Source of the DNA: Octopus sinensis
Taxonomy: Eukaryota
Direction of reading: 5' to 3'
Assembly (NCBI RefSeq): GCF_006345805.1
Contig: NC_043023.1
Location: 6,324,001-6,388,000 of the forward strand
Length of the DNA: 64,000 nucleotides
This document shows positions 23,493 through 36,289 of this stretch, one piece after another. The position numbers and the translations under genes are program-made. The notes beneath the pieces were generated by a model. That model saw only the letters and a program-made list of their open reading frames with translations. It was not told the DNA's origin and did not search any database. Within the stretch, counting starts at the first letter, position 1, and the number at the start of each line of letters is the position of its first letter.

Positions 23493-23739
23493 CCTGGTTC
23501 AAAGAAACTAATTTTTAGTCCTAGTCCTGTACGTTATTCTGAATGGCCGTTCTCTCTCTTTGTCTTCCAGTCAAATACGCATGCTCTTTATATCAACGTT
23601 ATTTGCATAACAAGTCCTCTTCCTCCATTTGTTCTCTTCATGTATAGGCAATCAATGTCACTATTTTCGCAGATAAGTTAAAATTCAAATTTGCTTTTTA
23701 TATTTTTTAATCTTTTTTTTTACACACACATACAATACA

Positions 23740-24107
23740 TACTCTTTTACTCTTTTACTTGTTTCAGTCATTTGACTGCGGCCATGCTGGAGCACCACCT
23801 TTAGTATTTATTCTATCGGTCTCTTTTTGCCGAACCGCTAAGTGACGGGGACGTAAACACACCAGCATCGGCTGTCAAGCAATGCTAGGGGGACAAACAC
23901 AGACACACAAACACACACACATATACATATATATATACATATATACGACAGGCTTCTTTCAGTTTCCGTCTACCAAATCCACTCACAAGGCATTGGTCGG
24001 CCCGGGGCTATAGTAGAAGACACTTGCCCAAGGTGCCACGCAGTGGGACTGAACCCGGAACCATGTAGTTGGTTAGCAAGCTACTTACCACACAGCCACT
24101 CCTGCGC
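23740..24107 (-). mobile_element. tRNA-derived SINE (family A), full length
   Basis: A-box TGGCTGTGTGGTAAG, B-box GGTTCAGTCCC, internal CA/TA microsatellite and (AAAAGAGT)n tail. Many homologous copies occur in the window. Confidence 0.85.
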
Positions 24108-24289
24108 ATATATCTACACACATACTCATACATGCATGCATGTACATACACACTCATACTCTATACATACATATATACATACATACATATCAATCTATAT
24201 ATGCTCATACGGTTATATATAAGTACATATATGTATTTGAGTATCATGCATCTCAGCATGTATGTATGAATTTCTACATGTAAATGAGA

Positions 24290-24769
24290 GAAAGGGTTGG
24301 TTATAGAGGGGTACTCCTGAGTTGAATCTGTGTGTTACCCCATTCGGATTTATGGTTGAGGGTGGGTTTGTCTTCTTGTATGCAGACAGCTTCCGTGACC
24401 TGTCTCAGCATTGCATCAGTGGGATGTGTGGATAAGATGTTTAACTCAAGTCTCCCTAAGGAGCCCTTGTGGCAGTCTACAGCATGCTGATAGAAGATGG
24501 AGTTTGGTTTCTTTTCAATGTAGTTGTCCAGGTGTTCTTTGAACATATCATTGATACTCCTAGAAGTCTCACCTATGTATGACGCTGGGTTAGTTGCGCA
24601 AGCTCCTTCTTGGCACTTAATTTGGTATACAGCGCTCTTGGTTTTGCAGTTCACATGTGGGTTTGTAGAACATACTGTACAATTATTTTGACACGTAATT
24701 CTATCAAATGGATATGATCGATATAATACAGATTTGATAGTCCTACCTGTCTTTTCTACAACTCTGATC
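24290..24769 (-). mobile_element. Penelope-like element, GIY-YIG endonuclease C-terminus
   Basis: VYQIKC...YIGETSRS...KEH...YQH...LRQVTEAVCI...TLNHKSEWG. Confidence 0.88.
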
Positions 24770-24773
24770 TTAA

Positions 24774-27700
24774 CCCTTTCGTTACTATATTTCTGACCAA
24801 AAAACACCGCTCATGAGTTTCAATTAAATTCTAAAATAATTATGAATTTAGACTAGTTTCATTAAACAACTCTAACTTTTTTACTTATCAACATATTAAT
24901 GTGATATTTAGAACATAATTGAAGAAAGAGTTCTTAATCAATTCCATTGCATAATTTTTGTCTCAAAGTGACTCTAATTACAGGTAAATCCAGGTAATTT
25001 GAGCAAAAAGTAAAAATATTAAAACTTTGTTTAAACATTACCATAGAAAATCAGTCCTCAGCTGATTTAATTGAGGTATGCAACAAAATTTTGATATAGA
25101 AGAATTGTGCACATCACTAGATTATCAGTTGAATTTAATGCACAGAAGAACAGGTGTACCATAAAGGTAAAATAAACTGAAATATTAGAATTTGTTTTTG
25201 AAGAAAACTAGAAAATTAAATACAACTGAATGAAATATACTCACACACATACATGAATACACAGGAACATGTATAATAAAGATTTACAATAGAAATTAAA
25301 TCAAAACTTGTCACTCACCTTACAGCAAATTAAAATTACAGGTAAATTAAAATAAAAAGTTAAAACTAAGTAAATTTGAAAAATATTTATACAATCTAAT
25401 TATACATATATACAAACAATATTTACACTATATTTCTATCATGGAAAGTTGTAAAACATCCCACTCTACATACTGCAACCTGGCAGAATGCACATTGGAA
25501 GGACGTTTCAACTGGCCATCCACTGGGAGTTTTTCTTTTTTGATGTAGACATTCACAGCACTGCCGTTTGCGACCCTCGATTTTTTCTAATTTATGTAGA
25601 TCCTGTTTTGCTGCCAGTTGCAGTAGACATCTGCCAAGACGTCTCCAAACAAGTCTGGCATATGAAAATAAAGTTCGTAGGGCAGACCATCCAAGCCTGG
25701 TAACTTGTCTCTCGCGCAGCCTACCATCGCATCCTGTACGTCCGCAGCTGTGATAGGCCTTTCACAAGACTCCACCTCTCTTGCTGAGAGTCGTGGCAAG
25801 GCATGCAGGTAGGCACTAAAGTCCACTCTGCGTTCTGACCCACCACTTGTCCCAAACAGTTGGGTGAAGTGTTGTTGAAAAGCCCCACACATCCTTTTAG
25901 GCTCGAGCAATTTGCGCCCCTGTTCATCTATAAGAGACTTGATGGTGGCTCTGTTGCCTCGTTGCGTCTCCACCACTCGGGCCTCTTGGGCGGCTCCAAC
26001 TCCTTCGTTCCTCAGAGCACGCATCCTAGCTCTGACAACGCATCCCTCGTGTTTGGCGTTGAGGTGTTGGTCGAGGGCCAATCTCGCCGCCAGCACGTTG
26101 GACGCGATGCCAGTTCTAAGTGCCTCTTCTAAAACCTTAACTAATTCTCCCTCTATTCTATTTTGGTCTAATGCTAGGGCTTTACTGTATCTGACTGATT
26201 CTGCTTTAATTGCTTTTTTTAGGGCATACCACCATCTGTTGTTGATGATGGTACCCGTCAAAGCTCTCTTAACTAATGTGTTGATCCGGTCCCTGTAAAC
26301 CTGTTGTGCTGTAAAAGACGCGTTCAGTTTCCAGTAACCAGGACCCTGCCTATGTGTCTTATCTAAGTCAAGTGTACAAGTCACAAACTTGTGATCTGTG
26401 TAACTGACTATATGAAATTGTGGACAACCTACACTATTTTTATCTATTGTCCTACAGAATACTCTATCTAAGTATGATCTGGACGACCCGATGCGGTTAC
26501 TCCATGTCCACATTGGCACATTCGGGTGGTCCAATCGGTACCTGTCAGACAGTTGGAAACGTCTGAGCAGGTCTTTGAGGCATTTGCATCCCCTTCTATT
26601 GCTATCTCTGCCCACGTAGTCTAGATGCGTGTCCAGGGTGGCATTCCAATCCCCCACTAAAAGTAAAGGACGAGACGTTCCCATGAAAGACTCTAGACGT
26701 CGAAAGAAATCCGGTCGGCCTGTTAAGGACGGAGCATAAACTGTTATCAGTCGAAAAGCACACTCATTGCTGCCATCGAAATCCAAAACGACCAGCCTAC
26801 CCTCCGGGTCTAGGAAAATTGCTCTTACTTTGAGATCCAGACTCTTCCGGAGAAGCACCGCGGTGCCACCTCCGCCCATTCTCGGTAGACACGGAGAAAA
26901 ATAAATGTTGAAATGTGTACCGAAACTGCTGGAGTGCCCGCAAGCTGTGGAGTCTGGTCTCACTGATGGCTATGATATTCAGATTTAGTGACTTGATGTC
27001 ATTTAACAGGTAGCCTTGTTTCCAAGGCGACCCCAAGCCACGTACATTTATACTACCTATTCTGAGCATGTTCCGATAAAAGTGCAAAAAAGGAAAAGGA
27101 GAGAGAAAAGGTTACTTGTTTTTCGAAAGTTCTTTGTCTTTCACCTCACGGTCTTCTTCTATGAGGCTTTTATACAGTTTTTTCGATGAGTACTTTTGAA
27201 ATCTCCCTACTGCATCAGGGTAAAGAGATTTCAGGGTGCTGTATGTGTTCTGTGTTACGTGTATTATTTTAATGTGTTGTGGTGGTGTTGTGCGTGGGTG
27301 GTTACTTGTTTTTATGTCGTTTTCAGTTATGTTGGTGTTTGACCTAATGTGTTCCATTAGGTCGTGGTTGTTTGTGTTTGTGGCTGTCAACATTGTTGGG
27401 GGGTTTGATGATGGGGGGTTTGTGTTGATGTGTTTGTTTTCTGTGGATGTTTTTGTTTCGGGAGTGGTGTATCTTCCTGCTTTGTTTGTTATTTTTTTTC
27501 TTTTTTTTCCCCTTTTTCTTCTCCCCCCTGTGGCTATTTGCCAATCTTCCGTGTCTTCTTCGTCTAATGACAAATCAGACGAATCAGAGCTTGGAAGAGG
27601 GAAAATATTGGGGTCTATTGTAGACTGTTAATTTTGTTGTTGTTGTTGGTTGGTGAGCGTTTGGTTGTGGTGTATGCGGTTTTGGAGGTGGGGTGTGGGT

Positions 27701-30700
27701 ATTTTGTGTTTGAGTGATTGTAGGTATTGTTGTGTTGTTTGGGGTCTCAATTTTGTGGGGATTTGGAGTTGTAATTGTTTCTTCATTTTCGCTGAGTGTC
27801 TTTTTGGCAGATGTCCTTGGTTTGGGAGTTGGTTTATTCTTGGTTGTTGTTGTTGGTGATGTTGCTTCTGTTCTTGGTGCTGCAGTTGGTGTGGTTGTTT
27901 GGTTGGTGAGGTTTGTTCGTGCAAAACGTGGTGTGGGTAGTAAACCTGGTTTAATTGTTTTTTCCGGCTGCTGTTGTTTTCTTGTGGCAGATTTGCAGTC
28001 TTTTTTTAGGTGTTGCTCACTGCCGCATATGTAGCAACGTGGTCTTCTGCCATCGACGACCACATACAACTTGTGGTCTTCTGATACACATATCTGGGTG
28101 GGTATTCCTTTTATGTCTTCTTGATTTACGTGTAGTAGAAATTCTACTTTTTTTCCCACCCAGTTTTTGTGCTCCATGACCGTGGTTTCCAAAATTGTGA
28201 AATTTGTCATTTTTACACATAAGGCCTTTACTAGCCATAGATTATTGGCTATTTTGGGGACATTGTTTAGAGTGATCTTAGTCACTTTCTGTCCCCGATA
28301 ACTTGGTGTTAGTGTAAGTTCATCTGAATGAAGAGTTAGCGTTGAGAAACGTCTTGCTAACTCTTCAGTGTGGAAAACCACTTTTATGTGGGCGAACTTG
28401 TTCCACCAAGTCACATAGTCTTTGTAGTTCCAGATGGGTTTCAAGCATTTTTCTATTTTGCTTGTGTTAGCCTTCTCTGGGCTTTTTGTTTTCTTATTAA
28501 TTATTTTATAAATAATTGTTCTTTTTTTTTCATCTTCTAATATTTCTTCTGGTATGTTTATCTTCACTATACCATCTAATTCTGTTATTGTAATGTTTGT
28601 GTCTTGTATTTGTTGAGCAGTAAAATATACTGTTGTTTTTTTTCTTTAATCGCCTCAGCGAAATTTGTTGTTGTTTTGTTATTGTTGTTGCTGGTGGTGA
28701 TGTTGTTGTTGACTGCAGTTTGTAAAATTGGTGTGTTTGGTTCAATTGTGCAAGTAGGAAGGGGTGGAAAATTATTTTCATAATTTATCCCTGTATTCGA
28801 GCAGCTTTTGTCAATTTGTTTGGTGGTTACAGTTTTTTGTTTATTCACTTCAGTTCTTGTTGTTGGAGTAAAACAGGTCTGAACAGAATTGTTGTTGTTG
28901 TTGTTTTTGTTGTTGGTGGTGGTGTCAGTGGCAGAAGAGACAGCCGAGGCAGCAAATGTCGAAATGGTGGCGCAATTTTTATATTTGTTGTCATTGTTAT
29001 TGTTGTTGCTGTTGGTAGTTGAGGTAGTGGATGAGGTGGTGGTGAAGGCGGTGGTGGTAACAGTAGAAGTCTCTATGTTGTTCTTGCTAGTGGCGGTGTT
29101 GGTGACAGGGCTGTTACTACACGTAGTAGTAGCGTTCATTGCAAATTCATTGATAATTTTACTTTGCGCGCAAAATTCTTTTTTTTCTCCTAGCGTTTCC
29201 AGTCTAGGAGAAAGCTGGTCGATAAAGGAACGTGACCATCGTTCTACAATACAATTTCTTGACATTTTGAAAATGTCTAGAAAGAAATTACATAAATTAA
29301 ATGGGGTTGAAACTGTCCCTAGGGGCGAATTCCTCCCTTGGAAAAGCACTCAAACGATAGTTGGGTGCCTTACACACCTTATTTACAAAAATGTACACAA
29401 AATATTGGCTATAAATAGTCAAAATAAACGATTACCTTCGGTGCTGAAGTGACAGCACGTCTGTAGATGGATAGATAGATAGAGAGGCAGGCAGATCTCT
29501 CTCTTGCAGGCTTTGCTTTTCCTTCCTGCAGTTATTTTTTTTTAGGAATATCCTGCCGTCAACTGCGTTGCTACATCTGCCCGGAACTGCAGATGGTCGC
29601 ACCGCTTGGAACCCCTCCTGATTTGGTATATAATATAAATGCATTTACAATGCTCATGTTTATTATATACCAAACCAGGTATCGCCACCATTTATTACCC
29701 GGTCTACCAACCGGATAATAACTCCTCATCTGGTTCAGCCGATCCACACCGCCCATGTACTTGTTATAATCAAGGTTCACAAACAGAGTGCCATTTTCAT
29801 CTACACATGGTTGTGCACTGGTAGATAGAAAATTTATCTGCCTCTTATCTCTGTATGCGGTCGCTAGCAGATTTCCTTTCTGCCTTTGGATTATTTCACC
29901 TCTTTTTTTTAATTTTGCTTTTTTTATATCCAATGGCAGCCCTTTTCTACCAGCAATTACTGTAGAACACGTATACGTTGCCACAGCTTCTAAATCCTCC
30001 GCAAGTTTGCCCGAACTGAAAAATCGGTCAAAAAATAATATTCGGCCCTGGTTTTGGTATGGAAGAGATAAATTCCAGACCACATCGTATCCTAGGCCGT
30101 GCTGACTAACATTATTGTCTCTTTTCCCTGTATAGAAGCTAAATCCACAGCAGTACCCACTTTTTGCTTCACATATTTTCCAAACTTTGATCCCCCTTTT
30201 TGTGGGCTTTCCTGGCATATACTGCCGAAAATGTACTTGGCCTTTATAGCCCACCATACCCTCATCGACAGATAAATACCTTCCAGGGTTGTAAAATTTG
30301 TTGTAGGCATTTTGAACACCGTCAATGAGGGGTCTTATTTTAAATAAGGGATCAAAGTTTGGTTCTCCACATACGGGGGTACTGCTAGTGTCTCTCACAT
30401 GTAAATACTGGCTCAGTTTCACAAATTGTATTCGGGTCATAATACTGGAAACATACTGATCTCCAAAAAGTTCCTGATTGCTCCAGTAATTCGTAATTCT
30501 GGGCAATTGCCTTATGCCCATAATAATAATATTTATGGCAAGAAAATGCCCGCATTTCTTCTATGGTTGTTGGGTACCACGAGCTATCTTTTTTTCGAGC
30601 TTGTTTACTTTCTGCGTAACGATTCGTCTCCGCAGTTATTGCTTCAAACAAGCATACAGGAAAAAAAAAAAAAAAGTCTATTGGTCTCGCTTCCTGAAAA

Positions 30701-31260
30701 AGACTATGGGTAGACCCTGTCTCCTCAGAAAAATCGTTAATCGACCCTTTTTTTAAATTGTTACTCCATTCTGGTGTAAATTTATCCTTGTTTGTGTTGC
30801 TGCTTTCACTTTCTGATGAATCGCTTTCATTCTCTGATAAATCGCTTTTGGATATTGAAACATCCGATTCAAATTCATCCACCACGTGCTTTTCTGCTTC
30901 ATACATTCTTCTCCCCTAAATCTCCATATCTTCTCTTGAAAAACCTTCAAATTCGGAGTCACTGCTTGATAGCATAAAACTGCTCTCCATTTTGAAAGTC
31001 GAAAAAAATTTCCGTTGATAAAAATGTGGAAAAAAATCTCCAAAAATTCACAGAGTTCAAATATCACGCCAAACAATGTTGGATACAATAACTCAACTGT
31101 TAGCAAAGTGAAATCACGTGTTTTAACGAGTGTACTAACGAGATTTGGGTTCAAATTTACATTTAAATAACAATAGCTTCTCTCGGCCAGGTATGGCCGG
31201 GTTAATAACATAAACCAAAAAATTTTACGGCTGGGTATGGCCGGCTTAGTAACGAAAGGG
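24774..31260 (-). mobile_element. piggyBac-like DNA transposon, full length, disrupted transposase, interrupted by a Tx1 LINE
   Basis: TTAA at 24770-24773 and 31261-31264; TIR CCCTTTCGTTACTA / TAGTAACGAAAGGG. Transposase from ATG ~30990 with VDEGMVGYKG, YMPGKPTKRGIK, FFDRFF and YNKYMGGVD. The Cys-rich tail CCEC..ETSFQCAFCQVAVC..CFTTFH ends at 25423. Confidence 0.93.
25602..29461 (-). mobile_element. Tx1-clade LINE (family C): intact 5' end, ORF1, endonuclease and linker, truncated at the start of RT, with 7-bp TSD
   Basis: ORF1 pieces 29349-27112 (DGRRPRCYICGSEQHLKKDC) and ORF2 from ATG 27069 (GSINVRG, SETR, PGLDGLPYE). TGTAGAT is at 25595-25601 and 29462-29468. Confidence 0.9.
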
Positions 31261-31264
31261 TTAA

Positions 31265-31393
31265 TAATGTGATTTGTTTATTTTTTTAGCGATTTCGTAG
31301 AGCGGTCGGATACGGCCGGATTTGGCCGGTTTGAACAAATAAAGGGGAATTAATTTTGGCCGGTTACGGCTGGTTTGAACACTAAAGGATTAA
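31265..31393. mobile_element. Orphan terminus of a second piggyBac-like family
   Basis: Ends CACTAAAGGA-TTAA with GGCCGG subterminal repeats, similar to the termini of the MITE at 47605-47823. Confidence 0.55.
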
Positions 31394-31394
31394 A

Positions 31395-31530
31395 CCTACT
31401 TTCTTCAGACCAAGTGTTGCGTCGAAGAATTTCCGCCTTGACAGACGCATAGGTGGCGTCTGGGCTAGGATCTGTAATTGCGATCTCCAGCAGATGTGGT
31501 GAGTTGTATTATAACAACATCTGATAATCT
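31395..31530 (-). mobile_element. Short Gypsy gag-like fragment
   Basis: AITDPSPDATYASVKAEILRRNTWSEEK resembles the gag PY..LK..I.R...SE motif. Confidence 0.4.
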
Positions 31531-31720
31531 GATTGATCATGCCATATTTCTTTGTGCATGAAGTCTGTCTGCTTCAAAGAAGGTTTTCCTATAAATCTTA
31601 CAATGATATTCTTTAACATTTCTGCATAATGGTCTTTGTTTAGTAAATGCTTCGCTGCATAAAGGTTTCTCACTGATGTATTTGCAGTTTCTAGTGAAAG
31701 GACTCCAATTTCTTATCCTA

Positions 31721-34159
31721 TACTCTTTTTTTACTCTTACTTGTTTCAGTCATGTGACTGTGGCCATGCTGGAGCACTGCCTTTAGTCAAGCAAATCAAC
31801 CCCAGGACTTTGTAAGCCTAGTACCTATTCTATCAGTCTCTTTTGCTGAACTGCTAAGTTACGGGGATGTAAACACACCAGCATCGGTTGTCAAGCGATG
31901 TTAGGGGGACAAACACAGACACAAACATATATACATATATACGACGGGCTTCTTTCAGTTTCTGTCTACCAAATCCACTCACAAGGCGTTGGTCGGTCCG
32001 AGGCTATAGTAGAAGACACTTGCCCAAGATACCATGCAGTGGGGATGAACCCAGAACCATGTGGTTGGTTAGCAAGCTACTTTATTTTAAAACATTTGCC
32101 ATAAAGGCAGTACACAGATTAAGTTAGCTTTGCGGGCTGGACGAGGACATTAATGAAGTGAATGATAATGAAAGACAGATGATAAGGATGGGAGAAGACA
32201 AAAAGCGCCCGCCGACTTTCGCTTCTCTAAAACATTGTTCTTTTTAAACACAAAATGAGGTAATAAACCTCTTACAATTTTTCCAATTTTTGGACTTAGC
32301 AGTCCATTATTAATAAAAATGCAAAACGAGGTATTAAACCTCTTTCAATTTTCCAATTTTTGGACTTAGCAGTCCATTATTAATACTAACAGTTCAATAA
32401 TTACATATCGTCCTCGAAATAGCTTGTGCCCGCGCCCTCCACCATCATACACGCCTCCCTCAGAACGTAATCAAGTTCCGAGTTCGCGTCGCCCGGGACC
32501 AAGCTATAATCTTCATTGAGCTCCTTTAGCCCAAGCGTCACGTCGAACGCCACGGCCTCCACAGCTATCTGCGGAGGCCATTCGGGGTCCTGTGTGAAGG
32601 CTAAAGGAGCTCCCTTGTGGTACTCTTCCATCATTTTTTTTTCAATTTCTCCTCCTCTATAGAAGAGGACCAATACGTTCAGGTCTTTCGTTGGCGGCAC
32701 AGTTCCCGCCGCCGTCTGCAGCTCATGGATATCAGCCGCCCGACCTTTCTTTTTCTCCTCCTTCTTTTGGGGGAGACTGCTGACCCAGGGGACTCCGTCA
32801 CCAGACACGGGGGATCGCTATCCCCCTCCACCACCTGAGCGTTCTTTGGCGAGCAGCTATTGTTGCTCGCCTGTCTCTTTCTTTTCGTGGAGGCAACCTC
32901 CTCCACGACTTCCACCGTCTCCCCCTCCAATGAGGGGGCGGCGGGCGCCTTTTCCCCTTCATGCTCCGTGGCACCACCACGGCCCCGGGACAATTCCTCT
33001 TGATATATCCGGGCTTCAGGCACAGGTGACACTTGGGGGGGGCGTCCCTCGAGTATCACCGGGTACCTGTGCCCAGCCATTCTCAGAAAGTCCGGGAATT
33101 TCATTTCTCCCACGGCCACCGGTGTCCACAGGGTCAAAGTTGCCTTTGACCCCTCCCAGGCGACTGCGGGAGCCATTTTCACACTCAGTAGCCTGGGTCC
33201 GCTATCCCCCAGGCCTCACCGGATGGTCTTCTCGATCCATTCCGCCTCCGTGCCCGGGGGCAGCCCACAAACCCAGGCTCTTTTTACTTTTCTGCCACAA
33301 TACGAGGGGAGGAACAAAATTTCCCTCCAGTGGCTCGCTAGCAAATCTGCTAGCTTCCTCAGGGGTACCAAACAGCAACCACACCGTTGCAAATTTACTC
33401 CCCCGAGAAATAAACTTTATCGTTGGTAGGTGGTCCCCCAACTCTTTCTCTATGGTGCTCCTGTCGAAGAGGGCGATAGCTCCACGCGACCTAGAATAGG
33501 TTCGTAGGACCACCGTCCTCTTCTCAAGACTTTCAATCCACTGCTTGGGTGGGACAACCTCCCATTCCAAAGCAGTGGTTTCTTTTGTTGCCATGATTTT
33601 GAAAAAAAGTTCAACTAAAAGTTCAAAGTCCAATAAGAAAAAAACACAATGACAGAACAGAAAGACAGAACAGAGAAAAGGACGAAGGAAGACAGTTCAA
33701 ATAATGGCAACACAGTTCTGCAACTGGTAATCCTCACGAAACAGGGTACTCCTAGTTGCAGCACACTTGGTTCTCCGTGGTAAATCCAAGCACAATTGGT
33801 TCTCCGTGGTAAATCCAAGCGAACAAATTAATTTTTGAGGAGGGACTATGCCTCTTCAAAATATACAATTCTCACTAAAAGGTGAGACAATAAATACGCC
33901 AACAGGCAGAACAAATACATCCGAAGCAAAGTGAAGCTTATTACGCGCAGAAAAGTGTTAACACTAATTAAGATTAATGCCAAAAAAGTATTAACGGCAA
34001 GCAATAAACCTCACTATGCTTCCAAAAATATCCAAAATGTCCTACCTGTTGCCGTAAAATGTTCAATAATTCACGTTAACACGTGACATTTGCCGGAGCA
34101 AAAAACAGCACGTCTGTCTGGTAAGAAGCTACTTACCACACAGCCACTCCTACGCCTAT
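31721..34159 (-). mobile_element. SINE family A split in its tRNA-like head (31721-32082 plus 34126-34159) by a LINE-type insertion
   Basis: Joining the halves at the duplicated AAGCTACTT restores the SINE head seen intact at 24070-24107. Confidence 0.9.
32083..34125 (-). mobile_element. Complete 2,043-bp ORF1-only (HAL1-like) Tx1-related element with 9-bp TSD
   Basis: TSD AAGCTACTT at 32074-32082 and 34126-34134. It has a 5' UTR, a frameshifted ORF1 (ATG ~33593, EKRTVVLRT, VILEGRPP, stop 32401), a 3' UTR and a short A-rich end. No endonuclease or RT coding is present. Confidence 0.85.
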
Positions 34160-34164
34160 GCATC

Positions 34165-34965
34165 TAAGCTTTGCAATGTCCACCTACAGATTGCAAATCA
34201 GATGTCCAGTCCAATATCCCAAAGGTTGGCACTTCAACCCACACCGCAAAAGCATTGTGAGATATCCTTCTTGATTTCTGTGTAAATTTGTCGGAGTCTA
34301 ATGCACCTAAAATAATGGGTACAAACAAGACTTTAATTTCAGGGTACAAGAGCTGTAAGTTCCACATTCTTCTTCTTAATCCTTTTTGCCCCTTGTGGAG
34401 CCTAGGGCCTCAACAGTTGTTTTCCACTTTTTGCGGTCATTGGTGTGTTTCTTGGCTGCTTTCCATGTCAGGCCAGTGGTCCTGATCTCGTCCAAAATGC
34501 TCCTCTTCCATGCCTGCTTTGGGCATCCTCACTTCCTTTTCCCCTGCGGGTTCCAGTCAAGTGCTTGTCGTGTCACATTTGAGGGTTCTTTCCGCAGTGT
34601 GTCCCCGATCCATCTCCATTTCCTTCGTCTAATCTGAACATGTATGGGCTCCTGGTTGGCCCTTTCCCACAGGTCAGTGTTTGGCACTCTGTCGAACCAC
34701 TTCAGATGGAGGATCTGCCGGAGACATTTGTTGATGAAGGTCTGGATCTTCTTGTAGTTGCTGCAGGTTTCAAGTTCTCCATGTTTCAAGTTCCACATTA
34801 ATTCACACTAAATATTTTCATCTTCCTGGACATTTGATTGTACATTCACATCCTCTGGGAAGCTGGCCTCTACAAGACTTTTCTTTTCTGTTCCATAGAG
34901 TAATATCCGGTCTTATATTTGCACCAAATGGATATTTTTATTGGGATGTTCCATCAGTATTTCTT
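34165..34965 (-). mobile_element. RLE-type LINE C-terminal fragment interrupted by an RTE insertion
   Basis: RPDI.LW...LVEASFPEDVN...ELMWNLQLLYPE..FVPIILGAL (PD..E-type endonuclease tail). Confidence 0.6.
34369..34787 (-). mobile_element. 5'-truncated RTE-like LINE 3' end with 12-bp TSD
   Basis: KKIQTFINKCLRQIL...IRRRKWRWIG.TLRK...ALDWNPQGKR with a (GAA)n tail. AAGTTCCACATT is at 34357-34368 and 34788-34799. Confidence 0.88.
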
Positions 34966-35671
34966 GATTTTAACCCCTTAATGGACCAATTATTTTGACA
35001 TGGTGTTTCATTTCAGAGCATATTTTTTTATTTCCTTTTTTAATTATATACACTGTGTTAATTACAAAAAAAAAAAAAGTTTTTTTATCTTGTTTCCTTT
35101 ATTTCTTATTATAGAAATTAAAATGTCCTTTTACTCATTTGGATTTAAACGAGTTAACTCAGACATTGAAAAAATACATATAACTCAACTATCTTCGAGC
35201 AGTTTTCTGCTAGCCACTTGATAATATTTTCACATGATATTCTACATCTAATTGTTTGTATAATAGTACTCAATTGCTTTTTGGATTTGGTTTGCAAGAT
35301 TCTTTATATGAATTCGTGTGTTGAAGCATATTCTGTTGTGTCTAGGAACAGTCATTTTCTTTTTGTGCCTTATAATTTAACACACTCACCGGTAAAATTT
35401 CCACTTATTTCTTTTTTCTTTTTCTAAAATTTTCGTTGCATCTTCAAACCTTTTCAATAGTTTTGACTCTGTCCGTTATTCACACTACGTTCTTTTTGTT
35501 TGTTTGTGCACATGTGTGTGGATCAGTGTGTGTGTGTGTGTGTGTGCATACACATGCATGTATGTATATATGCATACGTGTGTATGCATGTATACATGCA
35601 TGTATGTTGTATGTAAATTTGTATATATGTATTCTGCATATTCATCTGTTTGCATGTCTGTTGTTTCGTTT

Positions 35672-35882
35672 CGTTTAACGTCCCCTTTCCATGCTAGCAT
35701 GGGTTGGATGGTTCAACTGGGGTCTGGGAAGCCAGAAGGCTGCACCAGGCCCATTCTGATCTGGCAGTGTTTCTACAGCTGGATGCCCTTCTTAACGCCA
35801 ACCACTCCGAGAGTGTAGTGGGTGCTTTTTACGTGCCAGACGAGGCTGGCAACGGCCACGATCGGATGGTGCTTTTTACGTG
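35672..35882 (-). mobile_element. RTE-3'UTR-related SINE/LINE tail (family C); related pieces at ~46355-46900 (+), 46900-47060 (-), 45215-45265 and 60830-60870
   Basis: Shared cgtttaacgtcc..ttccatgctagcatgggttgga and ggcacgtaaaagcaccc motifs, also found in the 3' UTR of the RTE at 58932-59730. Confidence 0.7.
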
Positions 35883-36289
35883 CTTGTGTTTTTATGTATG
35901 TGTGTGTGTATCTCTGTCTCCTTGTGTGTGTGTATGTGTGTGTTTTGCAACTATGTACCATGTTTGTATGTATAGATGTGTTATCTCCATATGTGTGGAC
36001 ATGTGTCTCCATATGTGTCCTTGTGTGAAGTAAAGTGTATGTGTATATATGGTCATGTGTTTCAGTCTTCATTTGTGTATGTGTGCTTGTCTGTTCATAT
36101 AACATATATACCTATCCGTCTGTATGTCTATCTGTTTACTTTCGTATCCATATGCTTACATACACATGCATATACATAAACACACACACACATACATCTA
36201 TCTACATAACAGCCCACTAACTATTCTATTCTACCTGTGTAAACTGTAGGTATGGAGGTATGATATCTACTATGTATATTTCCTATTTA

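Noticed and set aside
33767-33810. 15-nt match TTGGTTCTCCGTGGT shared with the R2 5' region
   Set aside because: Opposite element orientation, and a 15-mer match is expected by chance in 64 kb.
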